DNA of 63,824 nucleotides, counting the filler, from Folioceros fuciformis (taxonomy: Eukaryota): the NCBI GenBank assembly GCA_049999805.1. It is 4 parts of 3 records of this genome, joined end to end, with 100 filler letters (N's around TTAATTAATTAA, not from the genome) between each part and the next. Parts side by side here need not be neighbours in the genome. Positions count along the whole stretch, not along the records: positions 42,375 to 62,671 come from JBNGIO010006327.1; positions 62,772 to 63,824 come from JBNGIO010006476.1; 2 more parts are not named here. One strand, written 5' to 3'. This document shows positions 56,931 to 63,824 of the stretch, in pieces (positions within the stretch are counted from its first letter, which is position 1; every line of letters starts with the position of its first letter). Both the position numbers and the translations under genes were made by a program. Under the pieces are notes generated by a model. The model saw only the letters and a program-made list of their open reading frames with translations. It made no database searches and was not told the DNA's origin.

Positions 56931-59924
56931 GAGTGAGTTGAGAGATTGAGGAGGATCTTGGAAGATTCCTGAGGTTGCTGCAAGATTGCTGGAGAACTGA
57001 AGAAAACTGCTAAGAATTGGCTGGATGGTTGTGAAAGATTGCTGAAGCTTGGATGTGATTTTTGGAGAATTTCGGAGAGATTTCTAGGTGTTTGTGGAAA
57101 ACTATTGAAGACTGAAGGAGATTGTGGAGGATTGTTGAGGGATTCCTGGAGATTGGTGGACATTGCTGGACGATTGGAAACGCTTGGGGACAGGCTTGTG
57201 AGGAATAAGTGTATGCCAGCGTTTTTGTGTGTTTTGCATGTGTGGAGAGTAGTGCATGGGTGTGTGAGAGAGTGTGGCTGATCCACAGGAACTTGTCCCG
57301 CAAGGATTAGCATCTGCATGTGTGAGGAGCACCCAATAAGCCTAGATCTGTGAGTCTGGAGGCCCCTGGAGCATAAACTCGCGTGGAAACCCGTGGCGGC
57401 GCTTGCGCCAGAAAATATTAGTTAGGGTTTTGGGTGGGACCTACCACAATCTTGGAGACCACTTCCGGTCGCTTCGAGTCACTTCCTCTATCTACAGGCA
57501 CAAAATATAGTTCACATTCACATGCTTGCTACCTTCCCTTGTTTTGACTGTGAATTCTTGTAGTAGGAGAATCCATCGAGCAATGCCTCCAGACAGGTTC
57601 ACTTTGTTCACTAGGTGTTTGAGAGCAAAGTGGTCCACATAGAAGACGAATTCATACGAGAGCAAATAGTGGCGAAACTTCTGAACGGAATATACCATCC
57701 CCAGTGCTTCCCTCTCAGTAGTCGTGTATTTCCGCTTTGCTTCGGTAAGTTGTCGCCCCACGTAATAGATGGGGTGATCCTGCTTCTTCCCATCCCATTG
57801 GCTGAGGACCGTCCTGATGGCAAAGGTAGAAACATCCACATATACATGAAACTTCTTTGTCCAATCAGGTCCCTTGAGGGTCGGGGCCGTGATGAGAGTC
57901 GTTTGAATATCCTGAAAAGCTTCCTCCCTTCTTGGCGTCCATTCCCACTCTTGATCCTTGCGCAACAAACTTGTCAGTGGCGCCACTCTTTTTGCGAAAA
58001 TTTTCACGAACCTTCTGTAATACCCCTCCATTCCCAGGAAGCCCCTCAGTTCCTTCAACGTCGCAGGGGGTTGGAGAGCAGCTAACATTTTGACTTTATC
58101 AGGATCCACCTCTATCCCCCTTGCCGAGATTCGATGACCCAATAGGATTCCTTCAAGCATACCAAAGTAGCATTTCTCCGGATGTAAACAAAATTTGGCC
58201 TCCCTGCATCCCTCCAAACACTTTTGCAAATGCTTCAAGTGGTCTTCCTAAGGTCCAAACACACAGAAGTCGTCCACGAATACCTCCATGAAATCCCTAA
58301 GGAAATCCTTGAAAATTTTAACAATCGCCCTCATGAAGGATCCGGGTGCTCCGGTCAGTCCAAAAGCACTGCGTTTGTAGGCGTAGGTTCCCCAGTCAGT
58401 GGTTAATGCAGTCAACGGCCAGTCACTTTCCCAGAGATGAAGTTGATTATACCCAGAGTAGCCATCTAAGAAGGAATATACCATTCGCCCCGCGATGAGA
58501 TCCAGAATGTTATCAGTAAACGGAAGCAGAAAATGATCCTTTTGGGTTACCTTGTTCAGCCTCCGCCAGTCCTGGCACATGCGTATCTTGTCCGGTTGCT
58601 TCTTAGGTACCACCACAATCGGGGCTACCCATTCCGAAAGTGACAATGGGATAGATGATGTTCGTCCTAAGGTACAATTCCAACTACTCCTTCACCTTCA
58701 ACTAATATTTTGGGTTCGACTTGAACTGTGGTATTCTAACTGGAACGGCCCCAAGTACCAGCTCAATTTTGTGCTCCCCCCACTCCTTGGGTATGCATTT
58801 CATATCCATGACATCGAAGGGGAAGACGTCGATGAATTCTGCCAGCAATTCCTTCATCCTTGTTCCAACACTACGTCCAACCTGGTTGAGAATTTGAGGA
58901 CCTTCCCTGGCAATACTTCCACGTCCTTGATTTCAGCCGCCTGTACCCATTTCTGTTCCACAAGTGCAGAGGTGCCTCCGAATCCTTCTTCCGATTGTCG
59001 AGGTTCCGTTTCACGCATTCCCCATTCGCGTAACAGTTCATTCGAGGTAAAGCGCGTGACCCCTTCCTCAAGTTCCTCATATTCTGGTGGTCCGGCTTCC
59101 TATCTCGCGACCCCTATTATCTTTTCTGCTCCCACCTTGTCGCTTCCCTCTTCAGACACTTCCTTCTCCCTTACCGCGGTCGTGGGTTCTACGACCCCAG
59201 TGGTAGCTTCCGCATCGGTACAGTCAACCATTACCCCCTAGCAACTTACCAGATGGGGTAAGTCCCTCTGATAATCCCTTTCCTCGTCTGACCATGATAT
59301 GTGGGCAAACGAAAATCTTTCCTTCTCGTCCTCTTCCCCAATCGTGTCTTCTGCTGAAGTGTACCCGTCAGTCTCAATGTGTGTCTCCCTTGCGTACATG
59401 TCCCGACTCCAAGATAAACATATCTGCCCCTCCTTGACCTTGGGATCCCAGTCCAGGGGTTTGAAGCCTACCTCCTTCCACCCCCACCTAAAGGTACAAC
59501 GGGCCCCATACATCCATGTCTGACCGATTAGTACGTCATATCCAGGAGCCTTCTGTTTGATAACCACATAATCCACGAGGTACGGAATAGTACCAATATG
59601 GGTTAGTACCCCGATTATCTCCCCCACAGGTGCCATCTTGGACATGTCCGCAAGGCGCAATACCTTAGCCGTGTGTTTTATTTCCAGTCCAAGCTTTCGA
59701 GCTGTATCCTCCGTCATGATATTTACTCCAGACCCAGTATCCAAGGGTACCTTCTTGATCACACATCCGGTGATCTATATCTGTAGTTCCGCTGGTCCTT
59801 GATCCGTCATGTCCACCAGATTCACAGCAAGGGGCTTCTGTCTTATCCTTGGCAGACCTCACTTCTTTTTTGGTTGGGCTGCTTTTAATGCCCGCCGAAT
59901 TTGCTATCGATATCGCGGGTTATC

Positions 59925-62100
59925 TCTCAGAAGTTGAGCTTGAAGAGGTCCTTTACATGGAGCAGCCTGAAGGGTTTGTAGATAAACGCTAGCCGAAAAG
60001 GGTGTGCAAGTTGTTGAAGACCCTCTATGGTCTGAAGCAAAGTCCTCGTGCCTGGTATAAACGCATTATGAAGTTCTTAAGGAAAAATGGCTTTGTGCAA
60101 TCACCTACTGACAGCAATGTTTTCTACCTTGTTTCTGAGGGTTTGTTTATGATCTTGGCGCTATATGTGGACGATGCCATCTTGCTTAGTAACAATCCTC
60201 CTAAGCTTGATGAGGTAAAGGCCCTTCTCTGTTCAGAATTCGAGATGACTGATCAGGGCTCTTTGCAGTTCTGCCTGGGTATTCAGATTCTGCGCAACAG
60301 AGAACAAGGTACCATTATCCTGCATCAAACCAAATACATAAAAGAAATCCTAAAGCATTTTAGCTTGGATGCTACCAAGTCAGTGTCAACACCTTCTGTA
60401 GTAGGGGAGAAGCTTACTCGTGAGCAATCACCTCTGGATGAAGCTAAGCAGATTGCTATGTCAGCGGTTCCTTATGCAGAAGCTGTTGGGTGCTTAATTT
60501 TCCTGGCCAACTGGACTCGGCCTGACATATCATATGCTGTTAGTGTAGTCTCCTAGTTTCTGAAGAATCCTAGCAAGCTCCATTGGGCAGCAGTAAAACG
60601 TATATATAGGTACTTGAAGGGAACCATTACCTTGGGGTTGCACTATACTTCCTCTGGCCAACGAGACTTCACATTGTCTCCTTTTGCTGATGCCGACTGG
60701 GCATCCGATGTTAACTCCCAGAAGAGTCTCTGAGCATATGTGTTCTTACTTGCAAGTGGTGTTGTGAACTGGTCATGCAAGAAGCAAACGTCCTTGGCGT
60801 TGCCATCAACTGAGGCTGAGTATAAGGCCCTGACAGACACATGCAAGGAGTTAGAGTGGGAAAGGCAGTTCTTGGATGTAGTAAACTTACCTCAATCTGG
60901 CCCTACTACTCTTCTATGTGACAATATGTCGGCTATATTGCTTGTAGCCAATCCAAGGTTCCACACAAGGACTAAGCACATCGAATTATATCATCACTAC
61001 ATCCGTGATGTGGCTGAAAGGAGCATGGTGCAAGTGCAATATGTTAGTACAAATGAGAACACAGCCGATATCTTTACTAAGAGACTCTCAAAGGAGAAAC
61101 ATTACAAGCATATGGCAGCCTTGGGTTTTAGGGTTTTCACCATCCCTACACCCAGTGCCTAGCCTACCTGGTTTGATGTCACAGGGCAGAAGTCCTGTCC
61201 TAGTAGTCAGTCTTCGCTATGCTAGCCTAGGTCAGGACTCATTTCTTCTTTGCCCTGCACAATACAAGTTGAGGTATGGCACACTCAGTGGATGAAGCAA
61301 AAGGTTCAGAATCAATTCGTGAGTGGTGCCACAAGTCTTACCTTTCTACATGTCGCGCTGCTTGTCTACTGGAGGTTTGCAGACATAGCCAAGGTTCTCC
61401 AGTTCTCTTGCCACCGCTTTGCACTCTTCAAGAGTCAGTATTCGAGATTCCTCTAGGCTCTCAGGCTGGTTTGCTAATAGTTCCTCCAGCTCGCAAGTGT
61501 GTGCCCTAGCAGCCTTGAGTAGGTTCCTTAGTTTGTGGCACTTCTCTAAAGTCTTGTGCAGATGCCACAGTAGGTCTTTGTCAGATGTAGTCAATCGTCC
61601 TGTCTTGTCTACTCCAGGAGCCGATGCAGAGGGAGCTGTGGCGGCGGCAAGTTTGTTGTGGGGAGTCTCCATCCTACTGGCAATGTTCTTGCTTATTGCT
61701 TCCAGCTCCAGTGTCACCCCGCAACTCTCTATGAGCTGTTGAATTTCCTCCATCTCACACTATGTCGCTTTCCCTTCTTGAGCAAACAATCTACCTTTGA
61801 AGCTAGAATCACAAGCAAGACGACTACAGTGATTCCCTCCATAGCTGAGCTTGGTATTTCAAGGGCGTTCTCCATTACTGAGGCAATCTAAACAACAGTC
61901 ACGAGAGGGAGCTCTTCGAGCTGGACGCTCAAGTGAAGCGTGTGCTTTTAAGGCTCTCTGTTGTAACCTTCACAGGTTAAGAGGGAGTGTTGGAGTATTT
62001 ATTGGTTTAACTTGCTTAGGTTACATATACATTTATACTTAGACATAACCCTATTTAGGGTTTACCATACATTTGAGTATTTAAACACTATTTTGTTTTG
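59925..62100 (+). mobile_element. Ty1/copia 3' part (RT, RNase H, antisense ORF, PPT, start of 3' LTR)
   Basis: YMEQPEGF, LYGLKQSPRAW, LYVDD, TRPDISYAV, ADADWA, STEAEY, CDNMSA, RTKHIE, ADIFTK. PPT gagggag at 61981-61987 followed by TGTTGG. Confidence 0.92.
61346..61875 (-). pseudogene. Antisense accessory ORF between copia RNase H and PPT
   Basis: ATG 61875 (MENALEIP...ITVVVLLVILAS) apparently frameshifts into the 135-aa helical ORF at 61346-61753. Confidence 0.5.
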
Positions 62101-62120
62101 ATATGAATTAATTTGCTACT

Positions 62121-62590
62121 TTGAGCAAAGTGTCTAGTCTACCTCTAGACGCTCACAAGGATTGGGACCTGGATCTAGTCAGGGTGGTGTATGGACGCAG
62201 TGAGGAGGAAGCTGGAGAGATCGTAATCGAGTCCCTTCGGCAGTGGGGCACAGTGGCAGCAACAGCAACGCTGTCCAAGGCGTCGGTAGGACGGGAGCCC
62301 AATGGCTAGCTGACGCGCAAGATGGCATCTGCTCAGTTCATGGGTCTAGCCAAATGGTTCCTTCGCTTCTTACTGCACAAGAAGCAAGATTATCTATCGG
62401 ACCATATGTTATTGTTCTTGCATGAGGTGGTCAAGTTGGGTGAGGAGAGGTAGAATGTGACCTCCCCAACTCCTCGGCCACCCTTAATTTCTCCCTTTCT
62501 TGTCCATATGTACTCACATGTTAATTGTTTGCTAGAGTTGGACATTGTGGCTTCCTTGCATATGTGGCGGCCGGTTGAGAAGATTAAATG
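62121..62590 (+). mobile_element. Second, decayed homologue of the gypsy accessory ORF
   Basis: GREPNG, GLAKWF, KQDYLSDHMLLFLH and TSPTPRP..IS.FLVH match the 53886 ORF. Confidence 0.8.
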
Positions 62591-62671
62591 CAAGCTGGAT
62601 GAGATATATTCTCTCGGAGGCAGTGCATATTTCATGTTGCAAATTGTGCAGGTAGCACTGGCTTGTGAGCA

Positions 62672-62771
62672 NNNNNNNNNNNNNNNNNNNNNNNNNNNNN
62701 NNNNNNNNNNNNNNNTTAATTAATTAANNNNNNNNNNNNNNNNNNNNNNNNNNNNNNNNNNNNNNNNNNNN
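62672..62771. other. Scaffold gap with TTAATTAATTAA linker
   Basis: N-run with the linker at 62716-62727. Confidence 0.98.
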
Positions 62772-63007
62772 CCCCGTTAGACGGCCAACCACACGTGGTA
62801 GTCCAAAATTTCCGGTCTTGACCACCCCATGTCGCAAATGCGAGAGTTGAATAGTAGGTCTGCTCTGCAAGTTCATTGCGATTGTTGCGATGTTGTTAAA
62901 CTCATTCTATTTAGCATGGACAACTAAGAGCTCGTGAATGAAGGTGATAGATAGAGGCATTGAGGAATGACCTTCGAGGTCAGAGTTCACGTCCTTGCAA
63001 AACAAAC

Positions 63008-63124
63008 CATCTCTACCTACCAGCATGTATGCAGCAAAAGAAGAGGTCAAGCCATGCCATCTAGAACATCTCTACCTACCAGGATGTATGCAGCAAAAGA
63101 AGAGGTCGAGCCATGCCATCTAGA
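63008..63124. repeat. 59-bp tandem duplication
   Basis: catctctacctaccag.atgtatgcagcaaaagaagaggtc.agccatgccatctaga occurs twice. Confidence 0.88.
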
Positions 63125-63824
63125 TCTAAAGCTCCACAATCCATGATTGCCGAGTAGCTCATTAGCTACCTACCATAGTCTACCTACCATAGTTTTGATT
63201 GTTCGGAACCGGATAGAATAGAACCAGGAAAGAATGTGAGGGTAAGAATCTCCAATAGCAAAGCGAGAGACCAAGCTAGGGGTTGACAAGGCTCAATTCC
63301 ATAGCCTTGCCCTAGCAAGAGCATTGGAGAGATTGAATGCTTTAACGTAACATTATATTCATTCATTCACCATAATTGCAATCGACTTAGCAAGCTGAGT
63401 TGGATGTCGAGGCACAACACGCACTATACTCATGTACGTAATCACAGCCAGGTCCAAAGGTCCCGTCAGATCGCGAATCGTGAGGAAGTTGCAGGACTTG
63501 CCACTACAAAGATTATCTCGAAACCTATGTAAGGTCAAGAGATTTATCATCAGGCATCACGAAATTCTCAAGGAATGCCAAGCGTGTGAACCAACATTAA
63601 AGTGCATGGGGCAAACCATCTTAGTGTGCTGAGTCAGTTCATAATTGAGTTTACGTAGAAGCTACCTCAACCTTGCTTGGAGGATTTGGATTGGCACTAC
63701 TTCTTTGTTCTCATCCATTGGCACTACTTCTTTATTCTCATCCAGTCCGCTGTGAGTTTCAATGCTTCAGAGTTGAATGCTAAGACACAACATAATGATT
63801 ATATTCATTCAATCTTGTTCCCCG

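Larger units (their letters stand above)
53231..59860 (-). mobile_element. Ty3/gypsy LTR retrotransposon (protease, RT, RNase H; integrase missing; long 3' region with antisense ORF, PPT, putative 3' LTR)
   Basis: LDTGSGVNIM, WVAPIVVVPKK, FLDGYSGYNQ, VFVDDF, YTTTEREAL. PPT-like AAGGGGAGG on the minus strand near 53450. Putative LTR 53231-53432 (tgtcgt...acaaca). Confidence 0.85.

Overview
Nuclear DNA from a compact land-plant genome with short GT-AG introns (mostly about 80-250 nt). It is probably a hornwort; this is an inference from the PGxSWWTD-type PPR tail, the Cys-less germin and the intron sizes. Nine host genes look intact: a germin-like cupin, a secreted legume-lectin-like protein, MsrB, an acid/triacylglycerol lipase, a 7-exon HHL1-like plastid protein, a PLS-E+ PPR editing factor, an acidic Tyr-repeat protein ending in half an ASR/ABA-WDS motif, a canonical ASR and a GH3 amido synthetase. 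The ends of the window are nests of decayed Ty1/copia, Ty3/gypsy and LINE elements. Positions 1-4557 recur, apparently identically, at 14466-19022 (offset 14,465 bp), bracketing the germin and lectin genes. There are five 100-bp scaffold gaps. The best leads are the ASR-derived acidic repeat protein, extra ORFs in three LTR elements, an in-frame LINE-in-LINE insertion, a miRNA-like hairpin and a lectin lacking its sugar-binding residues. All calls were made by eye; no database searches were run.
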